A DNA stretch of 64,000 bases from an uncultured Acidimicrobiales bacterium (GCA_963778415.1 CAVZUI010000009.1:70169-134168), one strand, 5' to 3'; shown: positions 32,119-45,174, numbered from the stretch's first letter. Numbers and translations are program-made. Notes: generated by a model not told the origin, from the letters alone.

Positions 32119-33806
32119 CCGCCGCCCGCGCCGCCGCCCGCCGAGGCGCCGACGCCGCCTCCCGCTCCCGGCCGCGCGCGGGTCCCCGCGTGGGCGGTCA
32201 TCGGCGGCGTCGTCGCCCTCGTCATCGTCGGACCGCTCGCTCGCGCTCCCCGCCAGCTTCTTCGGGCAGGGCGAGGCCTTCGACCAGATCGCCCGCACGC
32301 TGCTGCCCCGGGCGCTGACGAACAGCGTCGTGCTCGGTGTCGGCGTCGGCGCCGGCACGCTCGTGGTCGGCGGCGGGCTCGCCGTGCTGGTGTCGTTCTA
32401 CGACTTCCCGGGCCGGCGGATCCTCGACTGGGCGCTCGTGCTGCCGATGGCGATGCCCGGCTACGTGCTCGTCTTCGTCGTGCTCGGCCAGTACGGGCTC
32501 GCCAACCCGCTGCAGTCGAACCTGTTCGGCGACGGGCTGCACATGCCGTGGATCCGCAGCCGCGGCGGCGCCATCCTCGTGCTCACCGCCGTCCTCTACC
32601 CCTACGTGTACGTGCTCGGTCGCAGCGCCTTCCTCGGCCAGTCGCGCCAGGCGCTCGAGGCGGCGCGCAGCCTCGGGCTGCTCCTACGGCCAGGCGGTGC
32701 GCAAGGTCGCGCTCCCGCTGGCCCGACCGGCGCTGGCCGGCCGGCGCGTCGCTGGCGGTGATGGAGGCGCTCGCGGACTTCGGCACCGTCGACCTGCTCG
32801 GCGTGCAGGCGCTCCCGAGCGCCATCTACCGCGTGTGGAACGGGGCGTTCGACCAGGCCGCCGCGCTCCAGCTGGCCACGGTGCTCGTCGGCCTGGCGCT
32901 CACGATGGTCGCCATCGAGCGCGTGCTCCGCGGGCGCGCCCGCTACCACCAGGCGCTCGGGCGGGGCGACGCGATCGTCCCCCGTCCGCTGCGGGGCTGG
33001 CGCCGGTGGCTCGCGCCCTGCACCGGCGTCGTGCTGCTCGCGGTCGTCTTCGTCCTGCCGGTGGTGCAGCTGATCGCCTGGTCGGTCGAGACGGTCGTCG
33101 ACGGCCACGTCGACGACGGCCTGGGCGCGGCGGCACGCAACACGCTCGCTCCTCGGCGTCATCGCCGCGGTGGTGGCGGTCGCGACCGCGACCCTCGTCG
33201 TCTACGGCCAGCGCACCCGGCCGTCGCGCGCCGGGCGCGTGCGCCGCCCGCCTGGCGACCGTGGGCTACGCGGTGCCGGGCAGCGTCGTCGCCGTCGCGG
33301 TCTACGTCCCGCTGGTGTGGCTCGACCGCCGGCTCGTCGACGTCGCCGACGGGGTGTTCGGCGCCAGCATCGGCCTGGTCTTCACCGGCACGATCCTCGG
33401 GCTGATCATCGCCTACGTGGTGCGGTTCCACGCGCTGGCGTACTTCTCGATCGAGTCCCGGATGACGCGGATCAGCCCCAACCTCGACGATGCGGCGCGA
33501 GCCCTCGGCGCGGACCGGGCGCGGGTGCTCGCCGACGTCCACCTGCCGTTGTTGGGGCCGGGGATCTTCGCGGCCGCCCTGCTGGTGCTGGTCGAGGTCA
33601 TGAAGGAGCTCCCGGCCACGGCCCTGCTGCGACCGCTCGGCGGCGACACGCTCGCGATCACGGTGTGGGAGGCCACCAAGGACTCGCGCTTCGACACGGC
33701 TGCGCTGCCCGCGCTGCTGATCGTGGCCGTCGGCCTCCTGCCGGTCGTGCTGCTCGTCCGGCTGCTGCGACAGGACGGCTGGACCTCGGCCGCCGACCAG
33801 CTCTGA
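32109..33806 (+). CDS. Fe3+ ABC transporter permease (FbpB-like, two permease domains; frameshifted)
   Basis: YDFPGRR; PMAMPGYV; LYPYVY; LEAARSLG; MEALADFG; LDDAARALG; MKELPAT. Confidence 0.9.
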
Positions 33807-34061
33807 CGGCCGGGCGGTCACGCCCACCGTGTGACCGTCGTGTGCTCGACCCATCCACGCCCCTCGCCATCGTTCGCCGGGCGTAAGAACGTACGCCGGA
33901 TAGGTCACGCCGTCTCGGGTTGCCGCTCGCGTGCTGCCTGTCGGCCGGCTGTGGAGCTGGGGGTCGACCACCAAATCCCCCGCGTGGGCTGTGCCGAGCG
34001 CCCTATCTGCTCGGCCTCTAAGGTGCGCGGAGGCTCCAGTGGCCGACGCGAAGGGAGTCCG

Positions 34062-34370
34062 ATGTCAACGTCAGGGCCCACGGACCTCAACAACCGTCAC
34101 CAGGACACTCTCTTGCAGATCTTTCAGCATCCGACCAGCCACAACGTCGAGTGGCAGGCGGTGTTGTCGTTGCTGGAAGCCACCGGCTCGGTGGACCTGC
34201 GCCACGACGGCAAGTACCTCGTGAGCGTCGGCGACCAGAGTGCGGTCCTGGTGCGTCCGAAGCACAAGGACATCGACGTCCAACAGATCGTCGACCTCCG
34301 CCGGATGCTGACCCGTGCTGGATATGGCGCGGTCGTGGAGGAGCTCGAGGCGAAGGGCAAGGAGGCCTGA
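34062..34370 (+). CDS. HicA-like small protein without adjacent antitoxin (102 aa)
   Basis: LNNRHQDTLLQIFQHPTSHNVEWQAVLSLL...RPKHKDI...LRRML resembles the KHxxTLxxIF-type HicA subfamily; GGGAG RBS. Confidence 0.6.
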   Translation: MSTSGPTDLNNRHQDTLLQIFQHPTSHNVEWQAVLSLLEATGSVDLRHDGKYLVSVGDQSAVLVRPKHKDIDVQQIVDLRRMLTRAGYGAVVEELEAKGKEA

Positions 34371-34465
34371 GACCGTCCCGACGGGGCTGAGCGCAGGACC
34401 GAGGGCAGGCCGGAACGGAACGGCGGACGATGCGATTCCGGTTCGAAGCGTCAACCGAGCCCACC

Positions 34466-34606
34466 GACCTCGGTCGTACGACGACGTGAGGGCCAACGCA
34501 CAACCGATCGTCGAGACCCGGGCGAAAGATGCCGTGTGACGGGGCCTGGACGGCCGAGAACGTCGATGCCTTTCAGCGGTGGATCGACGGAGGGATGCCC
34601 GCGTAG
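34466..34606 (+). pseudogene. Decayed small protein of the DLWSYDDV...MPCDGAW...FxRWIDxG type
   Basis: Across two indels reads DL(W)SYDDVRANAQPIV / MPCDGAWTAENVDAFQRWIDGGMPA*; no recognisable N-terminus. Confidence 0.55.
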
Positions 34607-34657
34607 CCGGAAGCCCTCGTCGGGGACCATGATTCGAGCGCTGGCGGGATCGCTCCG

Positions 34658-36322
<1,665 letters not shown>

Positions 36323-36533
36323 CGGCCGGCCACGCGGCGAAGGCGCCGGACGGGGACCTCACGGTCCGTGCGAGTCGGCAACCTTGGACGCACGCCCGAT
36401 GCCACCATCATCAGAGACCTCCGTGCCGCCGACGCTATCGACAGGGCGGGTCCACGCACACGGGCCGACCCGGTCCCGGGACCACGAGCCGAACCACACG
36501 TTCGGCGGGAGCGCTCCTACGCTGGACGGCGGC

Positions 36534-37253
36534 ATGACCGACCCCGATGGTCCCGAGGCAGAGGGCGTCGACGCGGGAGCTCGCCCGCAGGCCGCCGACC
36601 ACCACAGGGCGACGGGCGGTCGCGACCGCTACGCGGCGGCGCGCGATCACCTTCGGCACGCCGATCCGGTGCTCGGACGGCTGATCGACGAGCACCCCGA
36701 CTTCGACCCTCGTGAATGGTTGGACCAGCTGCTGCCGAAGATGGACGCGTTCGGGGCGCTCCTGTTCCAGGTGGTCGGCCAGCAGCTGTCCGTGGGCTCG
36801 GCGCGTGCGATCGCCGGTCGCGTGGAAGCCCTGTACGGCGGGCGCCTCCCCGAGCCGCAGGAGCTCCTCGACACCGACCCGGAGGCCCTCCGTGGCGCTG
36901 GACTCTCGCGTCGCAAGGTCGAGACCCTGCGAGCGCTCGCCGACCGCTTCCTCGCCGACGGCCTCGGAGAGGAGAGCTTCCTGCGCAGCTCCGACGAGGA
37001 GATCGAGGCGACGCTCACGGCGATCCCGGGAATCGGTCCGTGGACCGTCCGAGGCTTCCTCATGATCGCCCTCGATCGGCCGGACGTCTTCCCATCCGGG
37101 GACCTGGCCCTGCGACGCGCGGTGATGCGCCGATACGGTCTCGAGCGACTGCCGACCGAGCAGGAGCTGTTGGACATCGCCGAGCGCTGGAGGCCGTGCC
37201 GCAGCCTCGCCGCGGGATACCTCTTCCTGTCGGAGTACGAGCCGACGACCTAG
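36534..37253 (+). CDS. DNA-3-methyladenine glycosylase II (AlkA/HhH-GPD family)
   Basis: VVGQQLSVGSA; GLSRRK; HhH IPGIGPWT; DVFPSGDLAL; WRP. Confidence 0.93.
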   Translation: MTDPDGPEAEGVDAGARPQAADHHRATGGRDRYAAARDHLRHADPVLGRLIDEHPDFDPREWLDQLLPKMDAFGALLFQVVGQQLSVGSARAIAGRVEALYGGRLPEPQELLDTDPEALRGAGLSRRKVETLRALADRFLADGLGEESFLRSSDEEIEATLTAIPGIGPWTVRGFLMIALDRPDVFPSGDLALRRAVMRRYGLERLPTEQELLDIAERWRPCRSLAAGYLFLSEYEPTT

Positions 37254-37317
37254 CCAGGCGCGCGGGCCACTGCGGTCAGCTCACGTTCGGCGTCCATCCG
37301 GGGCCCTCGGCTCGGGG

Positions 37318-37878
37318 TCATTCGTCGTTGCCTGCCTCCTCGTCGGCGACCGCGTCGAGCTCGGCCATGAGCTCGGCCTCGGCGCCGATGACCACCCCGA
37401 GAGCGACCAGCTCCTCGGGCGTGAGCGAACCGTGTCCGAGCACCAGTCCTCCGGCGTCACGGACCGCGTCGCGCAGCGGGATCGCCCACAGGTGCTCGAT
37501 CGCGAGCACGAGCGCCGAGCTCCCGTCCGGCAGCTCGTCGAGCAGACCCGCCGCGACCAACCCCGCAACGCGCGGTGCGTCAGGGTCGGCCGATGCCCCG
37601 ACCTCGGCGCCGGCCACCGCGCCCTCCTCGCCGGCGATGCCCAGCCCCACCAGCGCGCCGACCGCCGCCCGCAGCTCGGCCCGTTGCTCATCGTCGAGAT
37701 CGGACACGCTCAGCGCCACGACGTCGTCGCCGTCACGCATCACGAACACGGCGTCGATGATCCGGATCTGGCCGATGTCGCTCAGGCGTACGAGCTCCTC
37801 CGCGATCCGACCCTCGAACAGGTCGCTGTCGGGGAAGCCGATCACGAAGCTCTGGATGGGTCCGATGCTCATGGCCAT
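37318..37878 (-). CDS. DUF6325/DUF1269-related protein
   Basis: AGGAGG RBS; GPIQSFVIGFP; IRIIDAVFV; SSALVLAIEHLWAIPLRDAVRDAGG. Confidence 0.8.
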   Translation of the reverse strand: MAMSIGPIQSFVIGFPDSDLFEGRIAEELVRLSDIGQIRIIDAVFVMRDGDDVVALSVSDLDDEQRAELRAAVGALVGLGIAGEEGAVAGAEVGASADPDAPRVAGLVAAGLLDELPDGSSALVLAIEHLWAIPLRDAVRDAGGLVLGHGSLTPEELVALGVVIGAEAELMAELDAVADEEAGNDE

Positions 37879-37933
37879 GTCCTCCTGCTCGTCGAACACC
37901 GACCAGCGTGAGGCGCCGCGCACGACGACGTCA

Positions 37934-37950
37934 TCACGTACATGGCGTGA
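37934..37950. promoter_or_regulatory. Palindromic site TCACGT-N5-GCGTGA upstream of the DUF6325-like gene
   Basis: 56 bp from the ATG; CACGCT follows 23 nt later on the minus strand. Confidence 0.5.
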
Positions 37951-37998
37951 TCCACGCCCGCCGCGCACACGTCGGCTTCCTCCTGGCCCCGGGGCGAC

Positions 37999-38661
37999 TC
38001 AGAACAGCGGGGTCGGTCCCGCGGCCGGGGCGGCGAGGAGCACGAGGAAGGCACCGATCGCGAGGGCGGGACCGAAGGGAACCTCGGTCCGCCGCCCCGC
38101 CCGGCCGAAGACCATGAGGACGACGCCGATGACCGCGCCCACGACGAACGCGGCCAGCAGCCCGGTCATCACCAGCGACAGGCTCTGCCACCCGAGGTAC
38201 CAGCCGAGGACCGCCCCGAGCCGGACGTCGCCGAACCCGAGCCCGCCCCGGGCCAGGATGTGCAGCGCGCACAGCAGCACGAACGCGATCGTCGCCCCGA
38301 GGGCGGCGAGGATGATCCGCTGCGGTTCACCGGCGGCGACCGAGGCCCCGGCCAGCAGCCCGACGCCGGTGGCGCCGGCGGCCCAGACCATGCGCCGTGG
38401 CAGGGTCTTGGTGTCGACGTCGATGAGCGTGAGCACGACGAGGAACGCGGCGAGCGCCAGGTAGGCGGGGAGCGACCACGTCCACCCGAAGTCCCACGCG
38501 GTCGCCCCGAACAGGACGGCGGTGACCGGCGCGGCGAGGCGGGAGCGGCCCGTCGGCGGGACGTCTGGGCACCGCTCGGCGGTCACCCGGTCGACGACGG
38601 GCCGGAGCCGGAGGCCGATCGCCCACCGGCCACCGCGCACACGGCCACCAGGACGCGTCAC
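37999..38661 (-). CDS. A24 prepilin peptidase (TadV/CpaA-like)
   Basis: Catalytic Asp motifs LIDVDTKTLP and GLGFGDVRL; VPFGPAL. Confidence 0.9.
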   Translation of the reverse strand: MTRPGGRVRGGRWAIGLRLRPVVDRVTAERCPDVPPTGRSRLAAPVTAVLFGATAWDFGWTWSLPAYLALAAFLVVLTLIDVDTKTLPRRMVWAAGATGVGLLAGASVAAGEPQRIILAALGATIAFVLLCALHILARGGLGFGDVRLGAVLGWYLGWQSLSLVMTGLLAAFVVGAVIGVVLMVFGRAGRRTEVPFGPALAIGAFLVLLAAPAAGPTPLF

Positions 38662-39691
38662 GTCTCGATCGATCCCTCGGTCCACAACCGGTCGGCCACC
38701 CAGGTGCCCCTCGGGTCGAACCGGTAGTGGGCGAAGTCCTTGGCGAACTCGAGGTCGACGTCGGCGGCGCCGCTGCGGTTCTTCTCGACCGAGAAGACGA
38801 CCTGGCGGCGGAACTCCTCGATCCGGGTCGGCGCGTAGGCGGCGTGCGCCCGCGACACGACGGCCAGCTTCTCGTTGAGCACGACCACGCGCGTCCGCCT
38901 CGTAGGCGAGGGCGGTCGAGCCCCGGAAGTGGTGCAGGTGCAGGCGCCGGGCGGTGAGGCCGTCCTGGTCGGCGGCGGCCACCGCCACGACGCCGATGTT
39001 CTGCTCGAGGGCGAGCTCCTTGAGGCTCTCGATCACCCGGCTCACCCGCTCCGACTCGGTGGCGATCTCGGGAACCACCGGCACCTTCTGCACGTAGTCG
39101 ACGAACAGGACGACCGGCTCGCCGGTGTACCTGCTCAACGCATCACCGATGGAGGGAACGTTGGTGCGGGCACCGGAGCCCTGGAACGAGGACGAGCCGG
39201 TCGGCGTAGGCGACGAACTGGCGCTCGGCCTCCTCGAGCAGCGCGTCGGAGTCGAGCGCCTCGCGCAGCGTGAGCACGCCGGCGGCGACGTCGCGGAGCC
39301 GGCCCTGCAGCTCCTCGACGCCGAGGTCGAGGTGGCGGCCGGCGGCGCGGGCGACCTCGCCGAGCTCGCAGGCGAGCAGCCGGGCCAGCAGCGTGACCGG
39401 GTCGTGCTCGTAGCAGAGGTAGACGGCGACGACCCCTTGCCGGGCCATCGTCCTCGCCCACTGGAGGCAGGCGATGGTCTTGCCGACGCCGGGCTTGCCC
39501 CCGACGAGGAGCACCTCCCCGGGTCGGATGCCGCCGGACAGCACCTCGTCGAGGGGGCTGAACCCGGTGGCGCACGACGAGTCGTACGGGCCGTCGATCG
39601 TGGCCTCGTGCAGCTCGGCCAGGGTGGTGAGCGCGGTGCGCATCTCGCCCCGGCGGGCCCGGCCGTTGGTCGTCACTGTCGTCGAGCTCAT
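38658..39691 (-). CDS. Stand-alone DnaB-like helicase C-terminal (RecA-fold) ATPase inside the Tad operon (frameshifted)
   Basis: TGFSPLDEVLSGGIRPGE; Walker A GGKPGVGKT; YLCYE; FVDYVQ; LKELALE; FRGSTALAYEAD; VEKNRSG. Confidence 0.85.
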
Positions 39692-39694
39692 GGG

Positions 39695-40620
39695 TCAGCC
39701 TTGGCGAGAGGTTCTCGTAGATGCTGATCGCCGCCGGGCCGAGGATCACGATGAACAGGCACGGCATGATGCAGAACATCATCGGGAACAGGATCTTGAC
39801 CGGGAGCTTCATCGCCTGCTCCTCGGCGTGCTGCCGCCGCTTGAGGCGCAGCTCGGCGGCCTGCACCTTCATCGTCTGAGCGACGGGCACGCCGAGCTTC
39901 TCGGCCTGGGCCAGGGCGACGACGAGCTGGCGCAGCTCGGGGAGCTGCACGCGGTCGGACATGGCGAGGAGCGCGTCGCCCCGGCGCATGCCGGCCCGGA
40001 CGTCCTGGCTCACCCGGGCGAACTCGGCGGCGAGCGGCCCCTCGGCGGTCGACGGCCACCCGGGCGATGGCGGCGTCGAGACCGAGGCCGGCCTGGACGG
40101 CGATCGTCAGCTGATCGACCGTGTCGGCCAGCGCCCGCCGGATGACCTGCTGGCGCTTGTCGGTCTTGATGCGAAGCAGGAGGTCCGGGCCGAAGAAGCC
40201 GAAGACGCCGATCCCCAGCGCCAGGAGCACGCCGACGAGGCTCGGGGCCACCATCAGGCGGAGGAGGGCGAGGACCGCGCCGGCGACGGCGACCAGCGCC
40301 TTGACCGCCAGCACCCGCTCGATGGTCCAGCCGCGCGGCGCGCCGGCCAGCAGCAGCCGCTGCTCGAGGCCGGTGATCCGCCCCTGCGGGGTGTACCGCC
40401 GGGCGAGCCCGGCCGAGGCGGGCGACGAGCGGCTCGAGCGTCCGCTCGCCCACGTCCGCGCTGGAGCGTGGCGGCCCGCAGGTCGAGGTCCGCCGGTCGG
40501 CGGACATCGCCGAGGTCGACGCCGGCTCGGGCCGGCCGCGCCCCCGTCGACCGCCCACCAGAGGGCGAGGAGGGAGCCGAGGACGGCCGTGGAGCCGATG
40601 AGAAGGGAAATGTTCATCAC
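39695..40620 (-). CDS. tadC: Tad platform protein TadC (T2SS F family; frameshifted)
   Basis: LADTVDQLTIAVQAGLGLDAA; AQAEKLGVPVAQTMKVQA; AEEQAMKLPVKILFP. Confidence 0.9.
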
Positions 40621-40630
40621 CAGGTCTCCG

Positions 40631-42547
40631 TCAGAACTCGATGCGGATCAGCCTCTTCATCCAGAACCAGCCGACGAGCGAGGAGGACGCAGCCTCCGGC
40701 CGACATCAGCAGACCGATGCCCGACGTGAGCCGGGCGAAGGTAGCCGGGGTTGATGAACGCTCATCGCCAGGGCGACGACGACCGGCAGCGCGGTGAGGA
40801 TGTACGCCGACAGGCGGCCCTCGGCGGTGAGGGCTCGCACCTGCCGGAGACCCGCTGGCGCTCCCGGATCGTCTCGGCCGTGCTGTCGAGGACGGCGGCC
40901 AGGTCGCCGCCGATCTCCCGGTTGATGTCGATGGCGCCGACCACCCACTCGAAGTCCTTGCTCGCCATGCGGTCGGCGAGGGCGCGCGAGCGCGGCCGAC
41001 AGGTCGCGTCCGACGCGGATCTCGAGCAGCACCCGGCGGAACTCGGTGCGGGCCGGTTCCGCGGCCTCCTGGGCGACGCTGTCGAGCGCCTGGAGCAGGC
41101 CGTAGCCCGATCGCAGGGTGCTCGTCAGCAGCTGGAGGTTGTCGGGCAGCTGCTCGGCGAACTTCTGCCCGCCGCCGCTCGGCGAGGCGGCCGACGATGA
41201 GCCGGGCGGCGAGCGGCACCAGGGCGACCAGGACGATGCCACCGAGCGGGCCGCCGAGGGCGAGGCCGGCGAGGCCGGCGACCAGGGTGGCGATGCCGGA
41301 CGAGCACGACGAACTCGCCCGGCCGCAGCGAGATGCCGGCCACCTCGAGGGCGGCGGCGAGCGGTCGCGGCGCTGGTTGCGCCGCTCGAGGTAGCCGTCG
41401 GCCGCCGCCGTCATGCGGTCGGCCAGGTGGGAGATGCCCGGCCCGCTGACGATGCTCCGCTGCACGCCGAGCTGGGCCCGGGCCTTGCGACTCCGGCGGT
41501 CGACCGACAGGACCGACCAGGGTCAGGAGCAGCAGCGCCAGGAAGATGGCGGCGGCGCCGACGACGAGGGCGACCTGCTCCGGCTCCAGCCCGGCGCCGT
41601 CCGCCCGTCGGCAGCCGGGCTGGAGCTCGGCGAAGTGGTGGGCCGACGGCGTCGCCGCGGCCGGAAGGTCGACGTCGGTCGTGGCTTCCAGCGCTCCGTG
41701 CCGGAGTCGTGACCCGCACGGTCAGCGCCACGGTGCCGTGGCCCGACGTCTCGTACGTGACGCGGTACTGGTTGGCGACGGCTGCCGGCCGCCCGCCGGT
41801 AGAGATCGGTCAGGGCGGCGGGGTCGCTGACCGACGACACGCTGCCGCCGCCGGCCGCGGCCAGCCGGCTCGAGCGTCGGCGCGGTTGCTCTCGTCGGTG
41901 ACGAGCTCGATGACGTGCGATCGCGCACGCCGGCGGCCGCCGCCGCCTGCGTCGAGCGAGGCGGCGCTCGACGTTGTCTCGCCGTCGGACAGCAGCACGA
42001 TCGCCCGGTCGCGCGGCGTCGGCGGTGAACTGGCCAGCTGGCGAAGATGACCGCGTCGTACAGCGCGGTCTCGCCCGTCGGCCGTCAGCGGGGCGATCCG
42101 CGGCGGTGAGCAGGGCCCGGTCGGTCGGTCGGGCGCGGCGATCAGCGACGGGCTGCGACCCGAAGGCCGACGACGCCCACGCTGCACGTCGGGCGGGAGC
42201 AGCGGAGAGGAACTCGGTCGCCGCGGCCTCGGCGGTCTCGATCGGCGCCCCGACCATGCTCCCGGACGTGTCGAGCACGAGCATGACCTCGAGGCTCGTC
42301 GGTCGGCACCCGCTCGCACCGGTGCGGTCGACGGGCTCACCGTCCTCGAGCACCTCGAAGGCCGACGCCGGGTAGCCGGCGCCGCCCAGGCCGGGGGCGC
42401 GGCGACGACGGCCGACACCGTCGGGTAGCCGGCGGCGTCGCACCGACGTGATCTCGAGCGCGTCCGTCGGCTGGGCGCCGGCCGGTGCCGGCGGCGAGGA
42501 GGACGGCGGCGACGAGCGCCGCCGAGGACGGTGGTTGCCTTGCGCAT
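40631..42547 (-). CDS. tadB: TadB platform protein with N-terminal vWA domain (frameshifted)
   Basis: Signal-like N-terminus; [16 protein letters not shown] and AIVLLSDG; TM helix; [21 protein letters not shown]; [10 protein letters not shown]; [12 protein letters not shown]. Confidence 0.82.
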
Positions 42548-43958
42548 CGGGCTCACCGCCGCCCGGCGAGGAAGAGGTCGGTCTCGCCGAACATCTCGGC
42601 CGGCAGGCTCGATGCCCGAGCTCGGTGAGGTGCTCCGAGAACGACGGCCGGATGCCCGGTGGGCCGGACCCGGCCGCAGGAAGCGCCCGTCGGCGTCGAT
42701 GCCGGCGCTGTAGTCGAACGCGTAGAGGTCGGACAGGGTGATGACGTCGCCCTCCATGCCGACCACCTCGGTCACCTGGGTGACCCGCCGGCTGCCGTCG
42801 CGGAACCGCTGGAGGTGGACGATGAGGTGGAGCGGCCGACGCGATCTGCTCCCGGATGGCCCGGCTGGGCAGCTCGAAGCCCGGCCATCAGCACCATCGT
42901 CTCCAGGCGGGCCAGCGCGTCGCGGGGGGAGTTGGCGTGGACGGTCGAGATCGAGCCGTCGTGGCCGGTGTTCATGGCCTGGAGCATGTCGAGCGCCTCG
43001 GCGCCCGCGGACCTCGCCGACGATGATCCGGTCGGGTCGCATGCGCAGCGAGTTGCGCACGAGGTCGCGGATCGTGACCTCGCCTCGGCCCTCCACGTTC
43101 GGCGGGCGGCTCTCCAGGCGGACGACGTGGCGCTGGCGGAGCTGGAGCTCGACCGCGTCCTCGATGGTGACGATCCGCTCGCCGTCGGGGATGAACGACG
43201 ACAGCACGTTGAGCATCGTCGTCTTGCCGGTGCCGGTGCCGCCCGTGACCAGGATGTTCAGCCCGCCGCGGACGCAGGCCGAGACCAGGTCGGCCGACGC
43301 GCCGGCGTGAGCGTCCCGAGCTCGACGAGGTCGTCGACCTGCAGCGGGTCGCGGGAGAACTTGCGGATCGTGAGCATCGGGCCGTCGACGGAGAGCGGCG
43401 GGATGACCGCGTTCACGCGGGAGCCGTCGGCCAGGCGGGCGTCGACCATCGGCGACGACTCGTCGATGCGCCGGCCGACCTGGGCGACGATGCGCTCGAT
43501 GACCCGGCGCAGGTGGTCGTCGGAGAGGAAGCGGGCGTCGGTCTGACTCGATGACGCCGTCGCGCTCGACGTAGATCGGCGTCGGTGGCGTTGACCATCA
43601 CCTCGCTGACCGTGGGGTCGGCGAGGAAGCGGTCGATCGGGACCGAGGCCGACCACGTCGTCGAGGATCTCCTCGACGAGGCGCTGCCGCTCGTCGGCCG
43701 ACAACGGGGCCGTGGTCGGCGGCCATCAGGTCGCCGATCTCCTGGCGACGTAGGCGTGGAGCTGCTCCTGGCGTCAGCGTCGAGTCGAACAGCCGGACGC
43801 CGAGCCGGGCGAACAGCGCCTCGTGGGCCCGGGTCTTCAGCTCGTCGACGGCGTCGGCCGGCGACCGGTCGCGGCCGGCGTCGGGCGCGGCGAAGTCGAG
43901 TGCGGTGCGCTCGCGGGGTGGCGCCGGTCTGCTCGCGGAGTCGTTCGGAGAGCTTCAT
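42544..43958 (-). CDS. cpaF: Tad pilus assembly ATPase TadA/CpaF (frameshifted)
   Basis: [14 protein letters not shown]; [10 protein letters not shown]; TIEDAVEL; [14 protein letters not shown]; AMNTGHDGS. Confidence 0.95.
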
Positions 43959-43961
43959 CGG

Positions 43962-45174
43962 TCACTTCCTCCGCGCACGGCAAGCCCGCTCGGGCTCGGC
44001 GCGCTCGGTCGTCGCGGGCCTGCGATACCGGTGCGCGAGCGTCACCAGCTCGCGGGCGACGGGCGAGGTCGGCTCCTCGATCACGATCGGGCGCCCCTGG
44101 TTCATCGAGAGCGGGATCGGCCCGTGAGCTCGGCACGGCGGCGTCGATCGTCATGCCGAGGGCGGCCTCGACGTCGGCGGCTCGATGCCCGACCCGGGCG
44201 TCGGCCCGGTTGAGCACGAAGTGCGCGACGGGCCGGCAGCAGGCCGAGCCCGCTCGAGGACGTCGATCTCCTTGCCCAGGCTGCGGATGCTCGACACGTC
44301 GATGCTCGACACGCAGCACGACGTCGGTGGCCAGCTCGAGGACGGCGAGCGTGCGCTCGTCGAGCCCGGCCGGCGTGTCGACGACGACGTAGGCGAAGTC
44401 GTCGGCGAGCAGCTCGACGATGCGGCCGGCGAGCTCGTCGGTGACGGCCTCGCCCTCCTCGGGCGAGTCCGACGCCGCAGAGCACGAAGGCGCCCGACGC
44501 CTCGTGGCGGGTGAGGAACACCTTGAGCGTCGTCGAGTCGATCGTCGGCGCCGTCGCCAGCTGGCCGATGGTGTGCTCGGGGACCAGCCCGAGGGCGTAG
44601 GCGGCGTCGCCGAACTGCACGTCGAGGTCGACGAGGGCGACCGAGCCGTCGACCGTCCTGGGCGAGGGCGGCGGCGAGGTTGGACGCCACCATCGTCTTG
44701 CCCGATCCGCCCTTCGGGGAGAGCACGACGATCACCCGCCCCGCCGTGGGCGGAGGCGGCGGAGTGGACGGCCCGCTGTCCTGCCGCAGGCGGGCCGTCC
44801 ACTCCACCGCCCGCCCGAGCGCGGGCTCGAGCTCGAGGTCGACGAGGTGCCGGCTCGATGACGTCGCGGACCCCGGCGCGGACCGCGTCGCGCCAGAGAT
44901 CGTTCGACGGGGAGGCCACCAGCACGACGCTCATCTCGGCGCGGTGGTCGCGGTCGGCGACCGCCGCCACCTCGAGGGCGAGGTCGAGCGGAACGTCGTC
45001 GCCGATGCACACGACGGACGCGGTCCTCGGCGTCGACCTCGCGCACGATGCGCTCGGCGTCGAACGGCTGGCCGTTGCGCCACGCCTGGAGGTGCAGCGG
45101 CCTGATCTGGCGCCGGTCACCGACCGGACCCGGTCGACCAGCTCGTGGCTCTCGGTGACGAGGGCGACGGTCAT
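43962..45174 (-). CDS. cpaE: TadZ/CpaE (atypical receiver + MinD/ParA-like ATPase; frameshifted)
   Basis: AVRAGVRDV; deviant Walker A SPKGGSGKT; DLDVQFGD; VVVDTPAG. Confidence 0.88.

Noticed and set aside
38658-39691. Replicative dnaB or prophage/ICE helicase
   Set aside because: Too short, no N-terminal DnaB domain, no rplI/ssb or phage, integrase or primase neighbours
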